Shown: in pieces, positions 26,247 through 36,712 of the stretch | How positions within the stretch are numbered: the first letter of the stretch is position 1 | How the letters are laid out: each line of letters starts with the position of its first letter | Assembly (NCBI GenBank): GCA_946536315.1 | Contig: CAMNEH010000001.1 | Coordinates: forward strand, 592 to 64,591 | DNA: 64,000 nucleotides | From: an uncultured Clostridia bacterium | Lineage (GTDB): Bacteria; Bacillota; Clostridia; Christensenellales; Aristaeellaceae | Direction of reading: 5' to 3' | Notes under the pieces: model-generated | What the model saw: the letters and a program-made list of their open reading frames with translations, nothing else | Told to the model about the DNA's origin: nothing | Database searches by the model: none | Made by a program: the position numbers and the translations under genes

Positions 26247-28451
26247 ATGCGTAGTCATTCCAAGCCGAGTCTGTTGCGCCATCTGATGGCGGCGGTGATC
26301 TGCCTGGCCATGCTCATGACGGCCGTGGCCGTGCCAGCCCTCGCCGAGGAAGCCGTTTCTGACGAAAATCTCTTCAATAAGAACGATCCGGACTTTGTCG
26401 AAGGATATAACTATGTCCAGTCGACCAGTGAAATTACTGAGGAGAGCAGCAGTTTCATGACTGGATATATCGCCGTGCAGTCGGGCGATATCATCAGCGT
26501 GAACCTCCACAGCACGCGGGACGCGGATTTTGTCAAATACGCCCTGTTCGACACGAATATGAACTGGATCGACACGATCAAGACGAATTACGTGTCTGAA
26601 CTGACCATCCGCATCTTCCAGGACGGGTTCGTGCGCATTACCGTGTTTGGCCTGGAATATGAAGAGACCATCACCATCTTCAAGAGCGCTCAGGGGGCCG
26701 CCAGCGCGGCGGACATCCCCGAGTCCCTGCTGATGTCCTCCAATAACACCAACATCGTGGTCAAAACGACGGAGGAGGATCCTGAGGTCTTCAACAAGGA
26801 CTGGTTTGACCGCTCTGACCCCGACTTCCTCGATATGCACAACTACGTTCAGTATACCAGCAGCATCGTGGAGGAGAGCGACAGCTTCATCACCGGTTAC
26901 ATTCCGGTGGGCAAGGGCGACGCGGTCACGGTATCGCTGAACCTCGACGAGCGGACCTCCCCGTTCATCAAATGCGCGTATTATAATAAGAACAAGGAAT
27001 GGCTCCGCAACGAACGCTTCAATTATGTGACGACCGTGACCCTGACGATGGAGGAGGCCGGGTATCTCCGCTTCTCGATCAACGGCCGGCTCTTCAAGAA
27101 TACGGCGTCGATCTACATCCATCCGTCCACCAAGCTCTTCTCCGATCAGCAGATCGAGGACGTCATCCTGCCGTCCATCGCGAACACCGACCGCTATATG
27201 GAAACCTTCAACCAGGTTTACCTGTCGGGCGAGACGGTGGATCTGTTCAACCGCAACGACGACAGCTTCGAGATGGATAAGGGCTACAGCCAGCTGACCG
27301 GCGACGTCATCGACGACGAAGGCTCCTTCCTGACCGGCTACATCCCGGTGGCCGCCGGACAGGTGATCGTCGTCAGCTTCTCCCAGGCGAGCGAGTTTGC
27401 GAAGTACGCGCTGTATGACAGCGACCGCCAGTGGCTGACGACATCGCGTGTCAACAATCCGACCGCGCTGATCGTTCCCATCGAACAGGCCGGCTACTTC
27501 CGCCTCCATGGCCATGACAACGCCATCAACGGCACCACGATCACCATCCCCACTGTCCGGAAGCTCGATATCAGCGCAGTGTCCGGCGATATCGGCGCCC
27601 GACTGGAGCGCCTGGAATCCACGGTGTCCGTCATCGACCAGGTCGACCTGATCGTCTTTATGGGCCAGTCCAATATGGCCGGCCGCGGCATCGTCACCGA
27701 AGAGTTCCCCGAGGACGCGCCGGCTGTCACCGAAGGCGCCGGGTGGGAATTCCGCGCCGTCTCCGACCCGACCAAGCTCTATCCGATCGACAAGTATTTC
27801 GGCCTGTATGAAAACGTCGAGGGCGCTATCAATGACGGCAACAGCAAGACCGGCGGTCTGGTGCCCGCGTTTGTGAACGCCTACTATGAGAAAAACGGCC
27901 ATGTGCCCGTGGTCGGCGTTTCCGCCAGCGAAGGCGGTACGTCCCTGGTCGACTGGCAGCCCGGCACCGAGCGGTTTGACGACCTGCTCAACCGCCTGAC
28001 CACCAGCGTCGCCTGGCTTCAGGACAACGGCTATCACATCCGCCACCAGTACATCGTATGGTGCCAGGGCGAGACCGACGACATCGAGATGGAGGAGTGG
28101 TACATCACCAACTTCAACGCGATCCTGAACACGCTGAAGGAAGCGGGCATTGAAAAATGCTTCATGATCCGTGTGGGCAACAGCAACCCTGCGACCCAGG
28201 ACAAGATCACGCTGATGGAGACGCAGAACCGCATCTGCCAGAACGACAAGGACGTGATCATGATTTCCACCGACCTGGCCGGCATGCTGGAACGCGGACT
28301 GATGAAGGACGATCTGCACTACTATCAGCAGGCCTATAACGAGACAGGCGAACACGCCGGCGTGAACATGGCCTTCTACGTGATGAACGGGAAAGAGCCC
28401 TTCATGTATGACCCGCAGTTCGGCGATCTCTATTACTCCATCGTGAACTGA
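26247..28451 (+). CDS. secreted carbohydrate esterase (SASA/sialate-O-acetylesterase-like SGNH domain) with three N-terminal tandem domains
   Basis: Has a signal peptide. Three ~130-aa repeats each begin (L/V)FN(K/R)(N/D)...DF and contain SF(M/I/L)TGYI(A/P)V..G(D/Q). The C-terminal domain carries GQSNMAGRG and DDLHYY motifs. Confidence 0.75.
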   Translation: MRSHSKPSLLRHLMAAVICLAMLMTAVAVPALAEEAVSDENLFNKNDPDFVEGYNYVQSTSEITEESSSFMTGYIAVQSGDIISVNLHSTRDADFVKYALFDTNMNWIDTIKTNYVSELTIRIFQDGFVRITVFGLEYEETITIFKSAQGAASAADIPESLLMSSNNTNIVVKTTEEDPEVFNKDWFDRSDPDFLDMHNYVQYTSSIVEESDSFITGYIPVGKGDAVTVSLNLDERTSPFIKCAYYNKNKEWLRNERFNYVTTVTLTMEEAGYLRFSINGRLFKNTASIYIHPSTKLFSDQQIEDVILPSIANTDRYMETFNQVYLSGETVDLFNRNDDSFEMDKGYSQLTGDVIDDEGSFLTGYIPVAAGQVIVVSFSQASEFAKYALYDSDRQWLTTSRVNNPTALIVPIEQAGYFRLHGHDNAINGTTITIPTVRKLDISAVSGDIGARLERLESTVSVIDQVDLIVFMGQSNMAGRGIVTEEFPEDAPAVTEGAGWEFRAVSDPTKLYPIDKYFGLYENVEGAINDGNSKTGGLVPAFVNAYYEKNGHVPVVGVSASEGGTSLVDWQPGTERFDDLLNRLTTSVAWLQDNGYHIRHQYIVWCQGETDDIEMEEWYITNFNAILNTLKEAGIEKCFMIRVGNSNPATQDKITLMETQNRICQNDKDVIMISTDLAGMLERGLMKDDLHYYQQAYNETGEHAGVNMAFYVMNGKEPFMYDPQFGDLYYSIVN

Positions 28452-28490
28452 CGTTCGCGCCACTGCGGCTGCACCACTTTCGTATTGACG

Positions 28491-28528
28491 CTCACCTTCT
28501 CCGGCACGACCGGGGAAGGTGAGTTTAT
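28491..28528 (+). terminator. intrinsic terminator after the esterase gene
   Basis: CTCACCTTCTCCGG-cacga-CCGGGGAAGGTGAG forms a 14-bp stem with one G-U pair, followed by TTTAT. Confidence 0.7.
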
Positions 28529-28566
28529 ACTGACTGACGATCATCCATGGCCGGAGCGGGAAAGGT

Positions 28567-29439
28567 ATGCAGGAATACGATCAGGCGCTGTTAAAAAGAG
28601 TCCAGAAGGTCGATCTGGAGATGGCGAAGTACTTTGTCCGGTTTTGTCAGGAAAACGGGCTGCTGTGCTACTTCTGCGGCGGCGGTTGCATCGGCGCCGT
28701 GCGCCATCACGGCTTTATCCCCTGGGACGACGACCTGGACTTTTTCATGCCCAGAAAAGACTATGAGCGGCTGAAGACGCTGTGGAAGGATGACGGCCGC
28801 TATGCGCTCAGGTACCCGACGGCGGAAAACCAGGACCATAATATGTTCATGACCGTGCGTGACCGCCAGACGACCATGATCAAACCGACCCAGCAGGACC
28901 TGGACATCGTTCACGGCATCGCGCTGGATGTTTTCCCGCTCGACGGCTATCCCAACAGTGCGCTCCAGCGTGCGGCGCAGGTCTTCTGGGGCCTGACGTA
29001 TCAGCTGTTCTGCGCGCAGGTCGTGCCGGAGAATCACGGCCGCCTGGTGACCGCCTTTGGCAAGCTGCTCCTGGCGATCGTCCGGCGTCCGGCCGCACGC
29101 TACCGGATCTGGAAGCACGCGGAAGCCAGAATGTCACGCTATCCCATCTCACAATGCGAAGCGATCACGGAAATCTGCGCCGGACCGCACTACATGCGTA
29201 ACCGTTACCCGAAGGAGATTTTTGCCGACGCGCTGTTTCTGGACTTTGAGGACACGAAGATGCCGGTGCCGGTGGGGTATGACCGGTATCTGCGTATCGC
29301 CTTCGGCGACTATATGCAGCTCCCGCCCAGGGAGAAGCAGGTGCCGGCCCACGACGCGGTCCTGCTGGATCCGGACCACCCCTATACCCAGTATAAGGGC
29401 CGGTACTATTGCGTAACGCGCAGGGAGGCGAACCGATGA
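28567..29439 (+). CDS. LicD-family phosphotransferase (phosphocholine / alditol-phosphate transferase type)
   Basis: CYFCGGGCIGAVRHHGFIPWDDDLDFFMPRKDY is the LicD nucleotidyltransferase-fold DxD region. Confidence 0.85.
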   Translation: MQEYDQALLKRVQKVDLEMAKYFVRFCQENGLLCYFCGGGCIGAVRHHGFIPWDDDLDFFMPRKDYERLKTLWKDDGRYALRYPTAENQDHNMFMTVRDRQTTMIKPTQQDLDIVHGIALDVFPLDGYPNSALQRAAQVFWGLTYQLFCAQVVPENHGRLVTAFGKLLLAIVRRPAARYRIWKHAEARMSRYPISQCEAITEICAGPHYMRNRYPKEIFADALFLDFEDTKMPVPVGYDRYLRIAFGDYMQLPPREKQVPAHDAVLLDPDHPYTQYKGRYYCVTRREANR

Positions 29440-30413
29440 AGCCGCTGATTTCGGTCGTCGTGCCCGTATACAACGTCGCGTCCTATCTGGAAAAATGTCT
29501 GGACTCCATCCTGGCGCAGACGTTTCAGGACATGGAGGTGATCGTGGTCGACGACGGCGCCACGGACGGAAGCGGCGCGATCTGCGACCGCTATGCCCGG
29601 CAGGATCCCCGTGTGCGTGTGATCCATCAGGCCAACGGCGGGCTCAGCGCCGCGCGCAATTGCGGCATTGAGCACGCCTCGGGAACATACATCGGCTTTG
29701 TCGACAGTGACGACTATATCGCCCCGGATATGTATGAAACGCTCCTCGGACTGCTCACGTCGCAGCGGGCGGATATCGCCATGTGCGCCCTGTATGATAT
29801 GTACGACGGGCAGCCGGTCAAGGTGAACACGACGGAGCAGGTGATGACCGTCGGCCGCGAGGAGGCCATGAAAATCGTCCTGGAGGCGGAAATCGTATCC
29901 GTGACGGCGGTCAACAAGCTTTATCGACGTTCACTGTTCGATACGGTCAGGTACCCCGTCGGCAAGACCGCGGAGGACGCGTTCGTCATCATCGAGCTGC
30001 TCGACCTGTGCGATACCGTGGTCATTACGTCCGCGCAGAAGTATTATTATATCCACCGCGGCAACAGCATCACGTCCCGAAGCTTCAATCCGCATACCCT
30101 GGACACGATCGAGGCGTACCGCAAAAACGCGGCGCTGATCGAACGGAAATATCCGCAGCTGCGGGATACGGCGGAAATGCGCCTGTGCTGGGCGTACTTT
30201 TACGTACTGGACCGACTGGTCTATGATACATCCCCGGAATACGTTCAGACCAGGCAGGAGGTCGTCGCCTTTTTGCGGCGCCGCTTCGCCTTTATCATGA
30301 AGGACCGGCGGTTCACACCCGCCAGGAAGCTGAGCGAGCTCATGCTGATGGTCAGTGTCAGGGCTTACCGGGCCTGCGTCGACCTGCAGAACCGCCGCTA
30401 CAGAATCACCTGA
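29436..30413 (+). CDS. glycosyltransferase family 2
   Basis: The ATG overlaps the licD-like stop (ATGA). Motifs: VVVPVYNVASYLEKCLDSILAQT, VVDDGATDGS, GFVDSDD. Confidence 0.85.
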   Translation: MKPLISVVVPVYNVASYLEKCLDSILAQTFQDMEVIVVDDGATDGSGAICDRYARQDPRVRVIHQANGGLSAARNCGIEHASGTYIGFVDSDDYIAPDMYETLLGLLTSQRADIAMCALYDMYDGQPVKVNTTEQVMTVGREEAMKIVLEAEIVSVTAVNKLYRRSLFDTVRYPVGKTAEDAFVIIELLDLCDTVVITSAQKYYYIHRGNSITSRSFNPHTLDTIEAYRKNAALIERKYPQLRDTAEMRLCWAYFYVLDRLVYDTSPEYVQTRQEVVAFLRRRFAFIMKDRRFTPARKLSELMLMVSVRAYRACVDLQNRRYRIT

Positions 30414-30432
30414 AGAAACAGAGGATGAACCT

Positions 30433-31149
30433 ATGACGACAGCGATTGTGATCGCCGGCGGCGCCGGCAGCCGGATGGGGCAGGATATCCCCAAGCAGTT
30501 TATTCACGTATACGACAAGCCGGTGCTGATCTATACGCTGGAGGGCTTTCAGAAGCATCCGCAGATCGACGCGATCGAGCTGGTCTGCATCGACGGCTGG
30601 CACGACGTGGCCCTGGCGTACGCGAAGCAGTACAACATCACCAAGCTGCAGTGGATCGTATCCGGCGGCGCCAGCGGACAGGAATCGATCCGCAACGGCG
30701 TGTTCCATCTCGAGGGCAAGGCCGCGCCCGATGACATCATCATCATTCACGACGGCATCCGGCCGCTGGTGGATGAGTCGGTCCTCAGCGACGTGATCCT
30801 CAAATGCAGGCGGTATGGGAACGCCGTCACGTCCATGCCGTATAACGAGCAGATATTCGTGGCGGACGACGACATCAGCACCACGCGGTTTATCCCCCGT
30901 GAAACGCTGCGCAGGGTCGCGACCCCGCAGGCGTATCGTTTTGATCTGCTCGATGAAAAGTATCACGAGGCGTTTGAAAAGGGCATCGGCATCCACGGCT
31001 CGCATTACACCAACACCATGATGGTCGAGCTGGGCGTACGGCTGTACTTTGCCGCCGGCTCGGACAAGAACATCAAGCTCACCACCAAGGACGACCTGGA
31101 AATGTTTAAGGCCTACCTGAAGTCGGACAAGCAGAACTGGCTGAAATAA
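30433..31149 (+). CDS. IspD/TarI-like cytidylyltransferase (CDP-alditol synthesis)
   Basis: MTTAIVIAGGAGSRMGQDIPKQFIHVYDKPVLIYTLEGF matches the IspD-family N-terminal P-loop-like motif. The track start at 30355 was rejected because it overlaps the GT2 gene. Confidence 0.85.
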   Translation: MTTAIVIAGGAGSRMGQDIPKQFIHVYDKPVLIYTLEGFQKHPQIDAIELVCIDGWHDVALAYAKQYNITKLQWIVSGGASGQESIRNGVFHLEGKAAPDDIIIIHDGIRPLVDESVLSDVILKCRRYGNAVTSMPYNEQIFVADDDISTTRFIPRETLRRVATPQAYRFDLLDEKYHEAFEKGIGIHGSHYTNTMMVELGVRLYFAAGSDKNIKLTTKDDLEMFKAYLKSDKQNWLK

Positions 31150-31160
31150 AGGGGCGACAG

Positions 31161-32222
31161 ATGAGTCTGTATCAGAATGCGTTATATCTCGAGGACGTTC
31201 GCAAAACGGCCGCTGAGGCGCTGCCGTGGGACATGCTTGCGCAAAAGCGTGTGATGCTGTCCGGCGCGACCGGCATGATCGGCAGCTTCCTGGTGGACGT
31301 CCTGATGGAAAAGAACCGGGAGGGGCTGGATTGCACCGTGTACGCGCTCGGGCGCAGCGAGGCGCGGGCCAGGGCGCGGTTTGACGCGCACGCCGGGGAC
31401 CCCCGGCTGATCTTTGTCCCGTATGACGCGCAGCGCCCGTTTTCCGGCGAAGGGGTCGAAGCGGTGGATTACGTGCTGCACCTGGCGTCCAACACGCACC
31501 CGATGCAGTATTCGCTGGACCCGATCGGCACCATCCTGACCAATCTCCTCGGCGCGCAGAGCCTGCTGGAGTATGCCGCTTCGCACGGCGCGTCGCGGTT
31601 CGCGTTTGCCTCATCCAACGAGGTCTACGGCGAAAACCGGGGCGATACGGAGCTGTTTGATGAGCGCTACTGCGGGTATCTGAACCCGAACACCCTGCGC
31701 GCCGGCTACCCTGAAAGCAAGCGCTGCGGCGAGGCGCTCTGCCAGGCCTACCGGGCCCAGAGGGGGCTGGATGTCGTGATTCCCCGGCTGACGCGCACCT
31801 ACGGCCCGACCATGCTGATGTCCGATACCAAGGCGGTCAGCCAGTTCATCCGCAAGGGCGTGGCCGGGGAGGACATCGTCCTCAAGTCGGCCGGCGCGCA
31901 GTACTACAGCTTTCAGTACATGGCGGACTCGGTCAGCGGCCTGCTCACGGTGCTGCTGAAGGGCGAAAGCGGCGAAGCCTATAATATCGCCGAAGCGGGG
32001 TCCGACATCACCCTTCGGGACCTGGCCGCCCTGATCGCCCGCGTGAGCGGCACGCAGGTCGTATTTGAAATCCCTGACGCGGTCGAGGCGGCGGGCTACA
32101 GCACGGCCACCAAGGCCCGGCTGGACGGCCGCAAGCTGGCGGCGCTGGGCTGGCGCCCGCGGTACGATATTGCCGCCGGCATCGAGCGCACGGTGGCGAT
32201 CCTTCGGGAGGTGCGGCCGTGA
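31161..32222 (+). CDS. extended SDR NAD(P)-dependent reductase/epimerase
   Basis: Rossmann motif LSGATGMIGSFL and catalytic YxxxK (YPESK). 353 aa, directly downstream of the cytidylyltransferase. Confidence 0.8.
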   Translation: MSLYQNALYLEDVRKTAAEALPWDMLAQKRVMLSGATGMIGSFLVDVLMEKNREGLDCTVYALGRSEARARARFDAHAGDPRLIFVPYDAQRPFSGEGVEAVDYVLHLASNTHPMQYSLDPIGTILTNLLGAQSLLEYAASHGASRFAFASSNEVYGENRGDTELFDERYCGYLNPNTLRAGYPESKRCGEALCQAYRAQRGLDVVIPRLTRTYGPTMLMSDTKAVSQFIRKGVAGEDIVLKSAGAQYYSFQYMADSVSGLLTVLLKGESGEAYNIAEAGSDITLRDLAALIARVSGTQVVFEIPDAVEAAGYSTATKARLDGRKLAALGWRPRYDIAAGIERTVAILREVRP

Positions 32223-32264
32223 CGCGCTTTCCTGTGACAGATCATCCGTAAATGGGGCCGCAGT

Positions 32265-33467
32265 ATGGAAAAACAACAATCAAAGTATATCCGGCAGAAC
32301 GCGCCGGGCATGCGGGATGTGACCCTGATCGAGCTGCTGTTTGACGGCATGATTATCGTCAACCTGGCGATCATGCTGTCCTATCCGGTCTACGCGGCGA
32401 TCAACGATTACTTTCACCGCTACATTTTTGCCTTCGTCGTGCTGATGATCGTGGCCGGGACGAAGTTTGAGTTTTCGCTCATGCGCATCATCGGCCTGGT
32501 CGTGTTTTTGGGGCTCGGCCTGCTGATCCTGAAGCTCAATCATTCCTCGCTCGGCGCGGTGTTCCAGTTCGTGTGGCCGCTGTCGATCATCTATGCGATC
32601 AAAAACCTCGACCTCTCGGAGTATTACGCGGAGCGGATCAACATCATCATGTCCGTCGCCTGGGTGCTCGCGATCTTTGAGGCCTACCGCAATACGTCCA
32701 CGTATTTCTATGAGACGGACCTGGGCAATCACGCCGGCATGATCAATCCCAACACAACGGCGATCGTGATTGCCGGCACCTGCCTGTTCATCGGGTTTTA
32801 CGCGGAGAAGATCACCGATTCCGTATGGATCAAGCTGTTCATTTACGCGGTCAGCCTGGTGGGCATCCACCTGACCAAGTCGCGTGGCTCGCTGCTGGCG
32901 CTGGCGGTCGTCATCGTGGTCGAGTTTGTCTTCCGCAACGCCATCATCCGCTCCAGACGCTTCGCGGTCACGCTGCTGACGCTGGCGATATTTGGCGGCA
33001 TCGCGTTCCCGTTCATCTATATCGCGCTGTATAACACGGGCATCCTGACGCTCAGCACCACCTTCCTGGGCAAGCGCGTATTCACCGGCCGTCAGTACAT
33101 ATGGAACAACGTGGTGGAATACATGCTCGCCAACAAGCAGGCGCTGCTCATCGGCACGGGATATAATGAGGAATTGTACTATGCCGGTACGTTCAACCTC
33201 CACAACGGCTATATTCAGCTGTTCGCGCAGTTCGGCCTGCCGGTGCTGCTGGTGTACATGATCTATCTGATCTGTGTGGTAAGCGGCATGTTCGGCGAGA
33301 AGAAGTATCTGACGCATCACCAGTTCATGTGCTACCAGATCATCCTGCTCACTGTGTGCATCGGCTATGGCGAGACCATTTTTTCCTATATTCAGTGCAT
33401 GCTGTTCTATGTGATCGCGCTGGGAATCGGCTGCCGGGAAACGAACGGAGGAGGGCGCTTGACGTGA
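32265..33467 (+). CDS. O-antigen polymerase/ligase-like (Wzy-type) membrane protein
   Basis: 400 aa with 10 or more hydrophobic helices. Has HLTKSRGSLLAL and HNGYIQLFAQFG segments typical of the O-antigen ligase domain. AT content is visibly higher than in neighbouring genes. Confidence 0.6.
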   Translation: MEKQQSKYIRQNAPGMRDVTLIELLFDGMIIVNLAIMLSYPVYAAINDYFHRYIFAFVVLMIVAGTKFEFSLMRIIGLVVFLGLGLLILKLNHSSLGAVFQFVWPLSIIYAIKNLDLSEYYAERINIIMSVAWVLAIFEAYRNTSTYFYETDLGNHAGMINPNTTAIVIAGTCLFIGFYAEKITDSVWIKLFIYAVSLVGIHLTKSRGSLLALAVVIVVEFVFRNAIIRSRRFAVTLLTLAIFGGIAFPFIYIALYNTGILTLSTTFLGKRVFTGRQYIWNNVVEYMLANKQALLIGTGYNEELYYAGTFNLHNGYIQLFAQFGLPVLLVYMIYLICVVSGMFGEKKYLTHHQFMCYQIILLTVCIGYGETIFSYIQCMLFYVIALGIGCRETNGGGRLT

Positions 33468-34255
33468 TACCCAGGGTGATCCACTACTGCTGGTTCGGAG
33501 GCGCGGAGAAGAGCGAAATGATCCGCCGCTGCGTCGCCAGCTGGCAAAAATACTGCCCGGATTACGAGATCATCGAATGGAACGAGTCCAATTACGACGT
33601 CACGGCCCAGCCGTTCGTCCGCCGCGCTTACGAGGCCAAAAAGTGGGCGTTCGTGTCGGATTACGCGCGCATCGACATCCTGAACCGTCAGGGCGGCGTG
33701 TATCTGGATACGGACGTGGAGCTGCTCAAGCCGCTGGACCCGTTCCTGGCCTATGATTTCTTTGCCGGCTTCGAAAGCCGGGACTACGTCGCCTTCGGTC
33801 TGGGGTTCGGCGCGGTCGCCGGTCATCCGGTGCTCCGTGACATCCTGAATACCTATGCCGCCATCGATTTTACGGACGATCCGCTGGCGCTGGAAAAGAC
33901 CTCCTGCCCCAAAATCCAGACGGAAGCGCTGAAGAAGGTCGGCCTGATCTGCGATAACCGGAACCAGACGCCGGGCGGCTGCCATATTTTCAGCACCGAA
34001 TACTTCTGCCCGATGTCCTTTGAAACGGGACAGACGGTCATCACGGAAAACACGGTCAGCATCCATCACTATGATATGTCCTGGTTCATGGACGCCTACA
34101 GGAAGGCCAAGCAGCAGGAATGGCGGATGGTCCGCCGCTTCGGCCCGCGCTGGGGGAAGCGCGTCGCCTCACTGCTCAGCTTCCCCGCCAAGCTGGCGGC
34201 GCACGCTCAAAAGGGAACGCTGTTTTCGTACCTCCGCAGCCTGCTGCGCCATTAA
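33464..34255 (+). CDS. GT32-like glycosyltransferase (DXD sugar-binding region)
   Basis: The GTG at 33464 overlaps the wzy-like stop (GTGA). Motifs: IHYCWFG and DYARIDILNRQGGVYLDTDVE. Confidence 0.75.
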   Translation: MIPRVIHYCWFGGAEKSEMIRRCVASWQKYCPDYEIIEWNESNYDVTAQPFVRRAYEAKKWAFVSDYARIDILNRQGGVYLDTDVELLKPLDPFLAYDFFAGFESRDYVAFGLGFGAVAGHPVLRDILNTYAAIDFTDDPLALEKTSCPKIQTEALKKVGLICDNRNQTPGGCHIFSTEYFCPMSFETGQTVITENTVSIHHYDMSWFMDAYRKAKQQEWRMVRRFGPRWGKRVASLLSFPAKLAAHAQKGTLFSYLRSLLRH

Positions 34256-34266
34256 AGGAAATCAGT

Positions 34267-35163
34267 ATGAGTGAAACATTGGTCAGCGTGGTTATCCCGA
34301 CCTATTCCCGGCCCCGGGTGCTGAAACGCGCGCTGGACAGCGTGCTGAATCAGACCTACCGGAACCTGGACATCATCGTGGTGGACGACAACGCCGACAG
34401 CGCGGAAAACCGCGCCGAGGTCGCCCGCATCGTGAACGCGGCGAACGACCCGCGCGTGACGCTGATCCAGAATGAGAAAAACCTGGGCGGCTCGCTCACG
34501 CGCAACGCGGGCATCGCACGCGCGAAGGGCGAGTACATCGCGTTTCTGGACGATGACGACGAATACCTGCCGGAACGGATCGCCCGGCAGCTGGAACGCT
34601 TCCGGCAGACGGAGCTGCCGAACGTCGCGCTGGTCTACTGCCATACGGTGACGATGCTGAGCAGTACGGAATCCGCGGAGGAATACCGCTATACCTTCCG
34701 GGGGAACTGTGTGTTCGACGGCATGTGCGACTGCATCGCGGCCACATCGCAGTGGATGTGCAGAAAGGATGCCCTGCTGGCGGTCGGCTGTTTTTCCGAC
34801 GTGCCCTGCAAGCAGGATTCCACAGTGATCGTGAAGCTGCTCGTCCATGGCTACGCGGTGGACTATGTGCCGGAAATCCTCTCCAGGTATTACCGCGACG
34901 CCGGCGCGGGGATCAGCACCCAGGGTCACCGCAAGCGCGTGGCGGGTGAGGAGGCGCTGCGCGCGCTGTGCCGGGCGCATTACGCGCTGATCACGCCCGC
35001 TCAGCAGAAGGAGGTCGAGTATCACGCGGCCTGCCGCCTGCTGGAGCACTACCGCGCGCTGGGCATGCGCCGCGAGGCGGCACAGGCGTGGCGGACGATT
35101 CTCCGGTTCCCGCTGAAGCGCAAAACCCTGAGCGTGGTCAAAAGAAATCTGTTGAACAGGTGA
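34267..35163 (+). CDS. glycosyltransferase family 2
   Basis: VVIPTYSRPRVLKRALDSVLNQTY, IVVDDNADS, AFLDDDDE. The track start at 34120 was rejected because it overlaps the previous gene. Confidence 0.85.
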   Translation: MSETLVSVVIPTYSRPRVLKRALDSVLNQTYRNLDIIVVDDNADSAENRAEVARIVNAANDPRVTLIQNEKNLGGSLTRNAGIARAKGEYIAFLDDDDEYLPERIARQLERFRQTELPNVALVYCHTVTMLSSTESAEEYRYTFRGNCVFDGMCDCIAATSQWMCRKDALLAVGCFSDVPCKQDSTVIVKLLVHGYAVDYVPEILSRYYRDAGAGISTQGHRKRVAGEEALRALCRAHYALITPAQQKEVEYHAACRLLEHYRALGMRREAAQAWRTILRFPLKRKTLSVVKRNLLNR

Positions 35164-35170
35164 GACGGAC

Positions 35171-36688
35171 GTGCGAATCGATATCGTCAGCAACGCGAAA
35201 AAAAATATCTCATTCGGCATCATGAACCGGGTGATCGTGCTGATCTGCCCGTTCATTGAGCGTATCGCTATCCACCATGTGCTCGGCGCCCAGTACCTGG
35301 GCCTGGGCAGCCTCTTTTCGTCCATCATCACGGTGCTCAGTCTGACGGAAATGGGCTTCAGCGCCGCGATGGTGTACAACATGTACAAGCCGGCGGGAGA
35401 GAACGATATTCCCCGGATGAACGCCCTGCTGAACTACTACCGGCGGGTTTACCGCGTGATCGGGACGACCATTCTCCTGATCGGCGTTCTCCTGATCCCG
35501 TTCCTTCCTCGGCTGATCAAGGGCACCTATCCTGAAGGCGTCGACCTGACGAAGCTCTACCTGATCTACCTGGGCAACACGGGCATCAGCTATTTCATGT
35601 ACGCGTACATGACGTCCATCATCGTGGTGCATCAGCGCGACGATGTCAAGAGCCTGGTCAACAGCCTGGTGAAGCTTTCACTGACCGCTGCGCAGATCGC
35701 GGTGCTGTACAGTACGCGCGATTATTACCTGTTCACCCTGCTGATGCCGCTGTTCACTGTCATCAACAACCTCTGGATGGGCTGGCGTGTTCATCGGCTG
35801 TTTCCGCAGTACAGGCCGGAGGGCGAGCTGAGCGAAAAGGACAGGAAGGGCATCCGCAGGCTGGTCGCCGGCACGTTCATTCAGGAAGCCTGTACCGTGA
35901 CCAGAAACTCCCTGGACAGCATCTGCATCTCCGCGTTCATCGGCCTGACGGTCACGGGCATCTACAACAACTACTATCTGATCCTCAATGGCATCACCAT
36001 GTTTACCGGCCTGGTCACCACCGCCTTTACGGGCGGCGTGGGCAACCATGTGGCCACCAGGCGTCCGGAGGACAATTATGCCGAAATGAAGCGGCTGGAC
36101 TTCGTTTACCTCTGGCTGGGCGGCTGGTGCGGCATTTGCCTGATGTGCCTGTATCAGCCGTTTATGACGCTGTGGATGGGGGAGGACATGCTGCTGCCCG
36201 TTTCGGCGGTGGCGCTGCTGTCGGTGTATTTTTACCTGCTGAAGCTGGGTGACATGCGTTCGATGTACACGTCCGCCAGCGGCCTTTGGTGGGAGCAGCG
36301 GTACCGCGCGATCGGGGAAACGCTGATGAATGTCGTGCTGAATATCGTATTGGGCAAGTGGCTGGGCATTCACGGCATCATCCTGGCGACCATGATTTCG
36401 CTGTTCCTGTGCAATTACCTGTGGGCGGCGAACATTACCTTCCGGCACTATTTTTCACTGACCAGACTGAATGATTATTATCTGTACCAGGGCCGGCAAA
36501 GCGCGCTGGCGGTAGCTGCGGGCGGCGTCACCTATGGACTGTGCATGCTGCTGCCGATGCAGAGCATGCTGGCGCAGTTCCTGCTGCGCGCGGTTCTGTG
36601 CGTGGTGGTGCCCAACCTGATCTTCTGGCTGGTATACCGGAAAACCGACGCCTTCGCCTATGCCCGAAAAGTGATTTTCAAACGCTGA
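35171..36688 (+). CDS. Wzx-type flippase (MOP superfamily polysaccharide biosynthesis protein)
   Basis: 505 aa with about 12-14 TM helices. The N-terminal region NISFGIMNRVIVLICPFIERIAIHHVLGAQYLGLGSLF is typical of PST-family flippases. Confidence 0.8.
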   Translation: MRIDIVSNAKKNISFGIMNRVIVLICPFIERIAIHHVLGAQYLGLGSLFSSIITVLSLTEMGFSAAMVYNMYKPAGENDIPRMNALLNYYRRVYRVIGTTILLIGVLLIPFLPRLIKGTYPEGVDLTKLYLIYLGNTGISYFMYAYMTSIIVVHQRDDVKSLVNSLVKLSLTAAQIAVLYSTRDYYLFTLLMPLFTVINNLWMGWRVHRLFPQYRPEGELSEKDRKGIRRLVAGTFIQEACTVTRNSLDSICISAFIGLTVTGIYNNYYLILNGITMFTGLVTTAFTGGVGNHVATRRPEDNYAEMKRLDFVYLWLGGWCGICLMCLYQPFMTLWMGEDMLLPVSAVALLSVYFYLLKLGDMRSMYTSASGLWWEQRYRAIGETLMNVVLNIVLGKWLGIHGIILATMISLFLCNYLWAANITFRHYFSLTRLNDYYLYQGRQSALAVAAGGVTYGLCMLLPMQSMLAQFLLRAVLCVVVPNLIFWLVYRKTDAFAYARKVIFKR

Positions 36689-36712
36689 TCGGCGCTCGAA
36701 TCTGAAGAAAGC

